This document shows, piece by piece, positions 41,992-55,567 of a stretch of DNA of 64,000 bases. The stretch covers positions 34,430-98,429 of the forward strand of contig CAVUPE010000024.1 in the NCBI GenBank assembly GCA_963743265.1, read 5' to 3'. Both the position numbers and the translations under genes were made by a program. Position 1 is the stretch's first letter. Each line of letters opens with the position of its first letter. This DNA is from an uncultured Alphaproteobacteria bacterium. Lineage in GTDB: Bacteria; Pseudomonadota; Alphaproteobacteria; Rhizobiales; Beijerinckiaceae. The notes beneath the pieces are model-generated. The model was not told the DNA's origin, searched no databases, and was given only the letters and a program-made list of their open reading frames with translations.

Positions 41992-43185
41992 CTACTGGTT
42001 GGCGATGATCCTGATCGGCGCGCCGAGGATCGTGAGCGGCAGCGAGACGATCGCGCCGACGCCGCTCACGGCGGTCTGGCCCACGTCGCTCGCTTGGTGA
42101 TCTCTCGGTATTCCCCGCGCGAGAACGCCGCGCAGCTCGGGCCCGACGGTCGCGAGCTGAGCGAATTTGTCGTGGTTCGTGGAATCGGTCGCCTTGAGGT
42201 CCGAAAGGTCGATGACCGTCGCGCCCAGCGTGGCAAGCTCGGCGACATCGGGATTGTCGCCGACCCGCGTGACGCCGCCCGCGATGGTTTTGGACAGAAA
42301 CAGCGCGCGGTCATCCGTGGACAGGATGATGTAGAATGGCTTGCGCGGCTTGCCGAAGCGGCGCATCTGCGATTTGAACACGTCGATGTCGATATCGGGC
42401 GCGGCGAGATAGACGTTGCCGATCTTGTTCGCGTGACTGAGGTCGCCCGAAATCTTGATCTGCCGGAACGCCTCGACCGTGACCCAATTGCCCATCGAGT
42501 GGGCGAGCACGTTCACCTCTTCCGCGTTGCTGGCGAGGAGGAGTCGCAGTGTGTGCTCGAGGCCGTCGCGGGCCGCGGTCGCGCTGTTGAGATCGTAGAC
42601 GTAAGCCGTGGGCTTTCCGCGCGACGCCCAGGTGAACAGCACCGGGACGCCCGGAGCTTTTGAATCGTGCGCGAGCTGCGCCAACCGGTAGAGCCCCTCG
42701 GCGAACATCGTATTGAAGCCGTGAATGAACAGGAGGACCTTGCGCTTTCCTGGCGGGCGCAGCGCGAGTTGCGCGTTCAGCGCCTGAACGAACGCCTTGT
42801 CGCCGTCGAGATATTTTTCGTCGCGGACAACGTAGTCGACATTCGGGTCGCCCGGCGGCGTCGTCGCCCATTCGATCTCGCCTTGCTTGTGGTTCGGCGG
42901 GATCGAGACGGTGAGTTCGGCGTAATCGGTGGCGGTCGCCCTGTCGCCGTTGAACAGCGTGCCCGGCCGTTCGTCGCGTTCGCGGGTCGTCGCGACAAGC
43001 AAGGTATGGTCGACGGCGCCGGGAGGGCTGTAGGCCACGGCGCTGAGAAAGCCGGTCTCGGGCCGCGAGGCGCAGGCGACGAGGGAGAAGGCGAGAAACA
43101 CAATCGCCAAAACGGAAAACGACCGTTTCAGCGACCTGCCGCGCCCTGAAGGTGTGGCGCCTGTCCGCGCCGTGAAGTGTTCCAC
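41992..43185 (-). CDS. DUF900 family alpha/beta hydrolase, probable lipoprotein
   Basis: LVAC lipobox; LLFIHGFN, FTWASRG, AHSMGN, LAAPDID, HDKFA. Confidence 0.88.
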   Translation of the reverse strand: MEHFTARTGATPSGRGRSLKRSFSVLAIVFLAFSLVACASRPETGFLSAVAYSPPGAVDHTLLVATTRERDERPGTLFNGDRATATDYAELTVSIPPNHKQGEIEWATTPPGDPNVDYVVRDEKYLDGDKAFVQALNAQLALRPPGKRKVLLFIHGFNTMFAEGLYRLAQLAHDSKAPGVPVLFTWASRGKPTAYVYDLNSATAARDGLEHTLRLLLASNAEEVNVLAHSMGNWVTVEAFRQIKISGDLSHANKIGNVYLAAPDIDIDVFKSQMRRFGKPRKPFYIILSTDDRALFLSKTIAGGVTRVGDNPDVAELATLGATVIDLSDLKATDSTNHDKFAQLATVGPELRGVLARGIPRDHQASDVGQTAVSGVGAIVSLPLTILGAPIRIIANQ

Positions 43186-43416
43186 CGATCGCCCCAGCCC
43201 CGCCCGTCGCCAGTGCTGACGATTCTGAGCTTGCCCGCCGCATCCTTACGGCAAGGCTGTTCCGATTGAAAATGGAAATACGGCTCCGCTTCGTTTTCCT
43301 TTATCCCGTGGATTTCAGGTCACGCGCTTGGCGTTCGCCTTCGCCGCGCGCTCGCTGAAATGTTGGGGCCAGAACCCCGCTTTCAGGAAAGTGGTGGATT
43401 CGGGTATCACCGCGCG

Positions 43417-44760
43417 ATGGCCGAGAATCGTGACCTCATCCAAGCGCAGGCCCGGCTCGACGCGCTCACCGACTGGGAGCGCCGGCCGCGGAACACAATG
43501 CGCGTCGGCCTCGAGCCGATGCAGGATCTCGCCACGCGCCTCGGCGACCCACAAAAGTCCTTTCGCGCGATCCATGTCGCGGGGACCAAGGGCAAAGGGT
43601 CGGTCTCGGCCTTGATCGAAGCGGCGCTCGCGCATGCTGGGCTTCGGGTTGGCCGATACGCCTCTCCCCATGTCGAGCGCATCACCGAGCGGGTGAGCGT
43701 TCAGGGACACGATGTCGATGAGCCGACGCTCGCGCGAGCCTTGAATCGGGCGCTCGACGCCTACGAGGCCGCACGCAAGGGCGGCACGGCCGCAGCCAAC
43801 GCGACCTGGTTCGACCTTCTCACCGCTGCAGCTTTTATTATCTTCGCCGAAACGCAACGCGAATGGGCGGTGATCGAAGTCGGCTTAGGCGGGCGGCTCG
43901 ATTCCACCAACATCGTCGACGGCGAAATCGCCGTCGTCACCAATATCGCGCTCGAGCATACGGAAATTCTTGGGCCCACGCGCGCGGCCATAGCGCGCGA
44001 GAAGGTCGGGATCCTGAAGCCCGGGGCCGTGCTCGTTACGACGCTCGGCGCCGATGACGAAGCCGGGCGTGTTCTGCAGGCGCGAGCCGACGAGCTTGGT
44101 TCGCGGGTCAAGCGCACGCGCGCGGACGCATCGGCGCCGATCGAACAAATCAACCTCGCGCTCGCCGCCGCCGTCCTCGGCGAGCTTCGCCGCAAAGGGG
44201 TGATCTCGCGCTCCGGGGAGCCGGTCGGCGCGACGCTCCTCGACGGCGACACGCGCTTGGCCGCGCGCCTCCCCGGGCGCATGGAGCGCTTCGACGTCGA
44301 AATCGGACCGAGACGCTTGCCCGTCGTCATGGACGGCGCGCATGTGCCGTTCAACATCGAGGCCGTGTTGCGTGATCTCGCGCTTGAGCCCGACCTCTCC
44401 GGTCCGTGCGTAGCGATCGTGGCGCTCGCCGCCGACAAGGACGCGCAGGGTTTTGTGGCCGAACTCGCCGGGCGCGCCTCGACCATCGTCTTCACCGATT
44501 TGCCGGGATCAAGCCGGGGCCGCTCGCCGGTCGAGCTCAAGGCGCTCGCGCAATCGCTTGGGCTCGTCAGCGAGGTCGAGCCGGACGCGAAACGAGCGCT
44601 GAAGCGCGGGCTCGAACTGGCTCGCCAAGCCAACGCCTGGCTCATCGTCACCGGCTCGCTCTATCTCGTCGGGGCGTTGCGCCCGGCAATCGCCGAGGCG
44701 ACCCCAATGCCGGAAAGCGCCGGCGCCGCGCCTATCAGCGGCCAGGGCGGGTCCGGCTGA
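43417..44760 (+). CDS. folC: Folylpolyglutamate synthase/dihydrofolate synthase family protein (FolC-like)
   Basis: HVAGTKGKGS, SPH, EVGLGGRLDSTN, LEHTEILG, IAREK, LPGRME, DGAH, TGSLYLVG. Confidence 0.82.
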   Translation: MAENRDLIQAQARLDALTDWERRPRNTMRVGLEPMQDLATRLGDPQKSFRAIHVAGTKGKGSVSALIEAALAHAGLRVGRYASPHVERITERVSVQGHDVDEPTLARALNRALDAYEAARKGGTAAANATWFDLLTAAAFIIFAETQREWAVIEVGLGGRLDSTNIVDGEIAVVTNIALEHTEILGPTRAAIAREKVGILKPGAVLVTTLGADDEAGRVLQARADELGSRVKRTRADASAPIEQINLALAAAVLGELRRKGVISRSGEPVGATLLDGDTRLAARLPGRMERFDVEIGPRRLPVVMDGAHVPFNIEAVLRDLALEPDLSGPCVAIVALAADKDAQGFVAELAGRASTIVFTDLPGSSRGRSPVELKALAQSLGLVSEVEPDAKRALKRGLELARQANAWLIVTGSLYLVGALRPAIAEATPMPESAGAAPISGQGGSG

Positions 44761-46578
44761 TGGCGCCCAATTCCGCGCTCATGGCGAAGGCGCGGTCGGC
44801 GCTATCGACCGTATTCGGCTTCTCGGACTTTCGTCCCGGTCAGGAGGACGTCCTCGCCGCCACGCTCGCGGGCGAGGACGTGCTCGCGGTCATGCCGACG
44901 GGCAGCGGCAAGTCGCTCTGCTTCCAGCTCCCTGCGATCGTGCGCGGCGGCCTCACCTTGGTGGTTTCGCCGCTGATCGCGCTGATGCGCGACCAGGTCG
45001 CCCAATTGCGCGAGGCCGGGGTCGAGGCGGCAAGCCTCAATTCCTCCTCCGATCCCGACGAGCGCCGGAGGGTCGCGCGTGGCCTCGACGAGCGTTCGCT
45101 GAGGCTTCTCTACATCGCGCCCGAGCGGCTGTTGCGCGACGACATGGTCACCACCTTGAGGAAGGTCGAGGTCGATCTTCTCGCCATCGACGAGGCGCAT
45201 TGCGTCTCGCAATGGGGCCACGATTTCCGCCCTGAATATTTGCGCCTGCGAGAGGTCGCGGACGCGCTCGCTGGCGTCCAGATGATCGCGGTGACCGCGA
45301 CCGCGGACGCCCCGACACGGGCGGAAATCGCCGAGAAGCTGTTCGTCCGCCGTCCCACGGGTTTTCGTGCGCTCGTTCGATCGCCCGAACCTGTTTCTGG
45401 CCATGCGGCCGAAAGCGGACGCCACCCGCCAGCTCCTCGACCGGCTCGAGGCTCACCGGGGCGAAACGGGCATTGTCTATTGCGCGTCACGGCGCCGGAC
45501 GGAGGAGCTCGCGGCCGAATTCGTGCGCGCCGGCCGGCGCGCGCTCCCCTATCACGCCGGGCTCGATCATGACGTTCGCGCCCGCAATCAGGACGCCTTC
45601 CAGCGCGAGGACGATTGCATTGTCTGCGCGACCGTCGCCTTCGGCATGGGGATCGACAAGCCTGACGTCCGCTTCGTCTTTCACGCCGACATGCCCTCGT
45701 CGATCGAAGCCTATTATCAGGAGATCGGCCGCGCCGGCCGAGACGGCCTGCCCGCCGACACGTTCACGCTCTATAGCGCTGGCGACATCGAGCTCAGGCG
45801 TCGCCAGATTCTCGACAACGGGGCGCCCGAGGAGCGCAAGCGCGTCGAGACCGCCAAGCTCGATGACCTCGTGGCGCTCTGCGAAACGGCGCGCTGCCGC
45901 CGCCAGACGCTTCTCTCCATGTTCGGCGAGGATTCGACCCCATGCGGGCATTGCGACGTCTGCCAGGGCGCGGTTCGGCTGATCGACGGGCGGGTCGAGG
46001 CGCAAAAGGCGATGTCGGCCATTTTGCGCACCTCGGGGCGATTCTTTTTTGGCCATCTGGCGAATATTCTCTCCGGCAAGGCGACCGAGGCGGTCCTCCA
46101 GCATGGCCATGACGCGCTCAAGACCTTCGGCGCGGGCAAAGATCGCGCGCCCGCCGAGTGGCGCGGCGTGCTCAGGCAATTGCAATCGGGTGGCCTGATC
46201 GGGCGCGACGGGAGCGACCGCGACCGGCTGATGCTCACGGAAGAGGGCCGGAGAGTGCTGCGCGGCGACGTCCCCTTCGCCTTGCGCGAGGATGTGGTGA
46301 GCCGGAAAGCGCGCCGGCGCCGCCCCGCCGAAGCGGACGCACCGGGCGATGCGGACGCGGAGCTCCTCGCTGCGCTCAAGGCGCTGCGAGGCGCGATCGC
46401 TAATGCCCAGAAGCAGCCGGCCTATGTCATTTTCCCCGATCGGACGCTCATCGAAATCGCCAAGCGGCGGCCCCGCAGCCTTGACGAACTGGCCGGCGTT
46501 CATGGGGTCGGCGCGGTCAAGCTGCAAAAATACGGGCCCGCCTTTCTCGCCGTGATCGGGGACCCTGGCCGCGCCTGA
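44760..46578 (+). CDS. recQ: DNA helicase RecQ; frameshift ~45360
   Basis: MPTGSGKS, DEAHCVSQWGHDFRP, TATA, ATVAFGMGIDK, QEIGRAGRDG, Zn-binding CRR...CGHCDVC, C-terminal HRDC. Confidence 0.95.
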
Positions 46579-46789
46579 ACCGCCTCAGCGTCGGGAGCCA
46601 TTCAACCAGCCATGCGACAATTGCTTGCCAGGCTGGCAGGCAGCTGATATTGTTTTCCAGAAATTAACGTGGGCTGGTTCGTATTTATCATAGGCGATGT
46701 GCGACCGGCTTCGGCGTCAGGGGCAGCGGAATGGCGTCGTAACGGACTGGGCTCGTAACCTCTCTGTGAGGCCCGACGCACGTGCTGGG

Positions 46790-48484
<1,695 letters not shown>

Positions 48485-48524
48485 ACGATCATTCCTACAG
48501 CTGCGATCTTTACAAGTTGCTCGC

Positions 48525-48633
48525 CGTCATTGCGAGCGAAGGCGTCGAAGCCATCCCGGACGGCTTGGCGAACGATCAGGGACGTCGCCTAGGATCCCTG
48601 GATTGCTTCGTCGTTTCACTCCTCGCAATGACG
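48525..48633. repeat. REP-like inverted pair
   Basis: cgtcattgcgag ... ggattgcttcg ... ctcgcaatgacg, between convergent genes. Confidence 0.8.
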
Positions 48634-48661
48634 ACGGCGGCTCGATCTGATCGCGATACGC

Positions 48662-49616
48662 TCACCCCATCCGCCGCTCGAGGTCGTCGAGCACCTGATA
48701 GCAGGGCAGCACCTGCGCGACGCTGGCGTTGGGTTCGCGGCCCTCACGGATCGCCGCGAAGAACTCGCGGTCCTGGAGCTCGATGCCGTTCATGCTGACA
48801 TCGACTTGGCTCACGTCGATCTTCTCGTCCTTGCCGGTGAAGAGATCGTCGTAGCGGGCGATGTAGGTCGCACGTGTCGCCGATATAGCGGAAGAAGGTG
48901 CCGAGCGGCCCCTCGTTGTTGAACGACAGCGACAGCGTGCAGATCGCGCCGTTCTCGGCTTTCAGTTGGATGCTCATGTCCATGGCGATGCCGAGGGTCG
49001 GATGGATCGGTCCTTGCAGTGCGTTGGCTTTGACGATTGGTGAGCGGCATTGATAGGCGAAGAGATCGACCGTGTGCGCGGCGTGATGCCAGAGCAGATG
49101 ATCGGTCCAGGAGCGCGGCTGTCCCAGCGCGTTCATGTTGGTGCGGCGGAAGAAAAAGGTCTGCACGTCCATCTGCTGGATATGGAATTCATCCTTGAGA
49201 ATGCGCTGGCGCACGAACTGATGGCTCGGGTTGAAGCGGCGCGTGTGGCCGACCATGGCGACGAGCCCGGTTGTCTTCTGCTCCGCGACGACCGCTTCGG
49301 CGTCCTTCAAGCTGTCGGCGAGCGGAATCTCGATCTGCACATGCTTGCCGGCCTTGAGGCACTGAAGCGCCTGCGCGGCATGCATCTGCGTCGGCGTCGC
49401 CAGGATGACCGCGTCGAGCCCCGGCAGTTTGAGGGTCTCGGCGAGATCGGTCGTGACGTGGCCGACGCCATATTTCGCCGCCGCTTCTTTGGTCTTGTCG
49501 AGTTCGCGGCCGATGAGCGAGATCGTCTCGACCCCGTCGATCAGTTTGATCGCGTCGAGGTGCCTGAGGCCAAAGGCGCCGGCGCCGGCGAGCGCGACTT
49601 TCAGGGTTTTGGGCAT
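48662..49616 (-). CDS. ligC: 4-carboxy-2-hydroxymuconate-6-semialdehyde dehydrogenase; frameshift ~48870
   Basis: GAGAFG, ATPTQMH, GHTRRFNPSH, SWTDHLLWHHAAH; position after ligAB. Confidence 0.92.
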
Positions 49617-49641
49617 GCGAAACCTCGCTTATCGGCTTACC

Positions 49642-49747
49642 TTGTCATTCCCGACGGCCGCGAAGCGGACGATCGGGAATCCAGAGCTGACAGCCCTCGC
49701 TGCCTCATGGATTCCCGGTCAGACCTATGGTCTGCCGGGAATGACAA
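49642..49747. repeat. REP-like inverted pair inside the lig operon
   Basis: ttgtcattcccg ... gggaatcca ... tggattcccgg ... cgggaatgacaa. Confidence 0.8.
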
Positions 49748-49759
49748 AGATCTGAAGCG

Positions 49760-52023
<2,264 letters not shown>

Positions 52024-52036
52024 GGTTCAAGCGCCT

Positions 52037-52720
52037 TCAGTCGACATATTTGAGACCCGCCTTTTCGAGCGGCTCGCGCATCTTGTACATGTCGAGACCG
52101 AGCACGCCGGCGGCGAGCTTGGCGCGCTTGTCGCCCTCGTTGGCCTCGCGCGCCGCCGCGGCCTCAGCGGTCTTGCCCGCCCATTCGGCCGGCACGACCA
52201 CCACGCCGTCGTCGTCGGCGACGATCGCGTCGCCTGGGTTCACCGCCGCGCCGGCGCAGACGATCGGAATATTCACCGAGCCCAAAGTCGCCTTCACCGT
52301 GCCCTTGGCGCTGACGCACTTGCTCCAGACGGGAAAGCCCATCTCGGTCAGAGTCTTCACGTCGCGCACGCCGGCGTCAATGATGAGGGCCTTGGCGCCG
52401 CGGGCCATGAAGCTCGTCCCCAGAAGATCGCCGAAATAGCCGTCGGTGCAGTCGGCGGTGATCGCGGCGACGACGATGTCGCCCGGCTCGATCTGCTCGG
52501 CCACGACATGCATCATCCAATTGTCCCCCGGATGCAGGAGAACCGTGACCGCCGTGCCAGAGACGAGCGCGCCCGGATAGATCGGACGCATATAGGGCTT
52601 CATCAGCCCGACGCGCCCCATCGCCTCGTGCACGGTCGCGACGCCATAGCGTCCGAGCGCCTCGACGGCCGCTCGATTCGCGCGCTTGACCTTGCGCTTG
52701 ACGACGCCGAGTTCGGTCAC
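52037..52720 (-). CDS. ligK: 4-carboxy-4-hydroxy-2-oxoadipate aldolase
   Basis: [38 protein letters not shown]. Confidence 0.92.
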   Translation of the reverse strand: MTELGVVKRKVKRANRAAVEALGRYGVATVHEAMGRVGLMKPYMRPIYPGALVSGTAVTVLLHPGDNWMMHVVAEQIEPGDIVVAAITADCTDGYFGDLLGTSFMARGAKALIIDAGVRDVKTLTEMGFPVWSKCVSAKGTVKATLGSVNIPIVCAGAAVNPGDAIVADDDGVVVVPAEWAGKTAEAAAAREANEGDKRAKLAAGVLGLDMYKMREPLEKAGLKYVD

Positions 52721-52859
52721 CGCTCCCTCCTGTCGACTTGCCCGCTTGCTGGGCCTTGCGAAGGCGCGGGTCCATCCGTCGCGTCGACTTCATAGTCCCT
52801 ATGACGGCGCAGGCGCAACGCCATGGTCCGGGTCCGCCAATACGGCCCGGGGGCCTCAC

Positions 52860-53215
52860 GACGCGCTTCAATGACCTCTATCGCTCCGCGCCGGGCTCGA
52901 TAAGTCCGGCTAGACGACGGTTATCGTTCCTGGCCCGGTTTCTCCCTCATCTTCAGGGATTAGCCGAACGCCACGCCGCTGGATCTTGAAGTCGCCCAAA
53001 CACGTTTCCGTTCGACGCGCTGACCCGCTTATTTCCTGATGCGACGTTGGTGGTCGTGCACCGCGATTCCGACCATGCTCGTCTCGGCCACCCGCCTGAC
53101 CGAGCTCCCGCGCGCGCCCTTCACGACGACAATTACCGGCGGAAGATCGGCCGCAAAGTGGCCGACTACTGGCAGGAGGGGATGCGGCGCACGGTCAGAA
53201 TCGCGGATGATGCGT
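52860..53215 (+). pseudogene. Degraded sulfotransferase-family fragment
   Basis: Pieces across frames: RFLPHLQ, RWILKSPKH, FDALTRLFPDATLVVVHRD, VSATRLTEL, IGRKVADYW. No start and truncated at both ends. Confidence 0.55.
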
Positions 53216-53356
53216 CCTCCCCGCTGCGCTCGCGCCGTCGCCGATCCGGTCGGAACGATCGCGGGGATCTACGTACGTTCGGCAGCGGGCTAACGTCCGG
53301 GGTGGAGCGAGCCTCACATTCAGCAAGTTAGCCTCGCAACCGAAATCGTCCCAGCC

Positions 53357-53381
53357 GGAACGAATGGTTGCGCCTGGAGTT
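53357..53381 (+). promoter_or_regulatory. EcfG-type (general stress sigma) promoter candidate
   Basis: GGAAC-N16-AGTT upstream of the Pro-rich peptide. Confidence 0.55.
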
Positions 53382-53431
53382 ATCGCAGGAATGAAAAGCT
53401 GCTCTCGGCATGAAAGAATGGACCCGCATCC

Positions 53432-53629
53432 TTGCCAACTCCACAGCCAAACCAACCGATACCGATCCCTAAGCCCGATGTGGTCCGCCCCCCAACGCCG
53501 TTGGAAGAGCCGCAGCCCGACAAGGGTCCCGACTTGCCCCAGCCCGGGCCCGACGTTGTTGTTCCTCCGGCCCCCGAGGTGATTACCCCGCCGCAACCGC
53601 AGGAGATTCCGTCGGAGCGACCGGCCTAG
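53432..53629 (+). CDS. Small proline-rich protein (start uncertain)
   Basis: PTPQPNQPIPIPKPDVVRPPTPLEEPQPDKGPDLPQPGPDVVVPPAPEVITPPQPQEIP; internal PDVV repeat. Confidence 0.6.
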   Translation: MPTPQPNQPIPIPKPDVVRPPTPLEEPQPDKGPDLPQPGPDVVVPPAPEVITPPQPQEIPSERPA

Positions 53630-53666
53630 TATCGCCAGCCGGTCGCCAGGCGCGCCTTGGGGATTT

Positions 53667-53945
53667 CTATTTGGCGGATCGGTGGCGGCGTGGCTCCTTG
53701 CCTTCGGTTTCAGCCTGGGCGGTCTCGCCCAGACGCTCCTTTGCCTTTGTATGGCGGAGATGCTCCTCGTTCTCTTTCGGAGTCTGCTGATTGGACGCGC
53801 CCGCCTCGCTCAGAGCGATAGCAATCGCCTGCTTGCGATCTTTAACCTTCTGTCCGCTCGTCCCGGAACGAAGCTCGCCATGCTTGAACTCGTGCATGAC
53901 GCGTTCGACGGTCTCCTTCTGCGGCTCGGATTCGCGCGGCGTCAT
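53667..53945 (-). CDS. DUF6496 domain protein
   Basis: VERVMHEFKHGELRSG..QKVKDRKQAIAIALSEA. Confidence 0.85.
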   Translation of the reverse strand: MTPRESEPQKETVERVMHEFKHGELRSGTSGQKVKDRKQAIAIALSEAGASNQQTPKENEEHLRHTKAKERLGETAQAETEGKEPRRHRSAK

Positions 53946-53980
53946 TGGTCTTCTCCGTGTGAGGTGTTTCGGCCTTATTA

Positions 53981-54005
53981 AACTTGGATCTGACAAAGCG
54001 GTTCC
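53981..54005 (-). promoter_or_regulatory. EcfG-type promoter candidate
   Basis: Minus-strand GGAAC-N16-AGTT, about 35 bp upstream of the DUF6496 start. Confidence 0.6.
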
Positions 54006-54062
54006 GGAGGCCCCGAACCGATGTGCTGGTTCGCGAGCGCCAGCCGAGAAGGGAGGTTCAGG

Positions 54063-55121
54063 ATGAGCGCCCGAAAGACGCCGGGAATCGAGGCCCATGA
54101 CTTATTTTCTGCGCTGCTCGCCGCCGGGCCGATGGAGGCGAAATCAGCGGAGGCTCTTCCGACTGAACCGGGCGAGTGGCAATTCGAGCCGAAATGGGAC
54201 GGCTTTCGCTGTCTGGCCTTCAGGCAAGGCGGGGCTGTCGAGATTAAGGGAAAATCCGGAACGTCTTTGAGGCGCTTCTTCCCCGAAGTTGTGGCGACGC
54301 TGCTGGACGTCCCATTCGAGCAATTTGTCGTCGACGGCGAATTGGTCATCGAGCTGAACGGGCGCCTGACCTTTGACGCGTTGCAAGCCAGGCTGCACCC
54401 AGCGGCAAGCCGAATTCGCCGACTGTCACTTGAAACGCCGGCGCGACTCATTCTGTTCGATATGCTGATGGGGCCCGATGGCTCGCCGGTAGGGGCCCTT
54501 CCCCTCTCGGAACGCCGAAGCGCGCTCGAGGCCTTCGGCGAGCAGGCCGCGATTGCCGGAAAGGTCATCGTTACGCCGTGCACGCGCGATCTCGCCCAAG
54601 CGACACGATGGCTGGACGATTTCGATCGTGACGGAAGAGACGAAGTCGTCGCCAAGAGGCTCAACGAAAAGTATCTGAGCGGCGAGCGCGCGATGATCAA
54701 GGTCAAGCGCTTGCGGACCGCCGATTGCGTGGTCGGAGGCTTTCGATATCTGAGCGGCCGGCCTGAAGTCGGCTCCCTGCTGCTGGGTCTTTACAACGCG
54801 CAAGGCCTGCTGGACCATGTCGGCTTCACCTCGACGATCGCGAATGACGAGCGGCCGGCGCTGACCCGAAAGCTTCGCGCTTTGCAGGCCTCGCCAGGCT
54901 TCACGGGCAAGGCGCCGGGCGGGCCCAGCCGCTGGAGCACGGAGCGCAGTGGCGAATGGGAGCCGCTCCGGCCAGAACTGGTCGTCGAGGTCCGATACGA
55001 CCATGTGACCGGGGACCGGTTTCGCCACGGGACCAAGCTCATCCGCTTTAGGCCCGACAAGCCGCCGCGGCAGTGCTCGATCGATCAGATCGCCACGCCG
55101 CCCCGAGCCGACCACGGATAA
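54063..55121 (+). CDS. ATP-dependent DNA ligase (LigC/LigD-ligase-like)
   Basis: EPKWDGFR, DGELV, LFD, KVKRLRTADCVVGG, SLLLGLY, VVEVRYD, RFRH, RPDK. Confidence 0.92.
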   Translation: MSARKTPGIEAHDLFSALLAAGPMEAKSAEALPTEPGEWQFEPKWDGFRCLAFRQGGAVEIKGKSGTSLRRFFPEVVATLLDVPFEQFVVDGELVIELNGRLTFDALQARLHPAASRIRRLSLETPARLILFDMLMGPDGSPVGALPLSERRSALEAFGEQAAIAGKVIVTPCTRDLAQATRWLDDFDRDGRDEVVAKRLNEKYLSGERAMIKVKRLRTADCVVGGFRYLSGRPEVGSLLLGLYNAQGLLDHVGFTSTIANDERPALTRKLRALQASPGFTGKAPGGPSRWSTERSGEWEPLRPELVVEVRYDHVTGDRFRHGTKLIRFRPDKPPRQCSIDQIATPPRADHG

Positions 55122-55370
55122 GCGATTCCGCCGCTGGGCGCCCCGGATGCACGGAAACAAGAAAGTTTTCGCCTTTTGAATTTGCGCGCCGGGTTGTGGA
55201 TCCAGGAGCGTAAATGCGGGGACTGGACGAAGTCTCTATTGCCGAACATCATGGAACCGATTTCCGTTTTGGCCAGAGAATCGAGGACGTCTGAAGCCTG
55301 GGGCGCTCGCCCACCGATCGAAAAGGCGGAAGGCGAGTTTCCGCTTGTACCTTTTTGGGCGCGAGCGCGC

Positions 55371-55395
55371 GGAACACTTCTCCTGCATGCACGTT
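55371..55395 (+). promoter_or_regulatory. EcfG-type promoter (consensus match)
   Basis: GGAAC-N16-CGTT upstream of the CheB-CheR-HWE kinase gene. Confidence 0.65.
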
Positions 55396-55567
55396 GATCG
55401 TACAGGCGTGGTTTGTCCGCCAAGCTCTGCCGGACGTTCGTAGAGGCCGGGAAACAAAGTGGCGATCGGGATCGTTGACCTCTCCTCCTCGCAAGAACGA
55501 GTATCGAAGCGCTTGCGAAGAGCGTAGTCATGAATGCGCGTCCCTCCGCACAACCTTCGGACCCTAG

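Noticed and set aside
53252-53279. Additional EcfG promoter (GGAAC...CGTT)
   Set aside because: Spacer is 19 nt, outside the 16-17 nt consensus.
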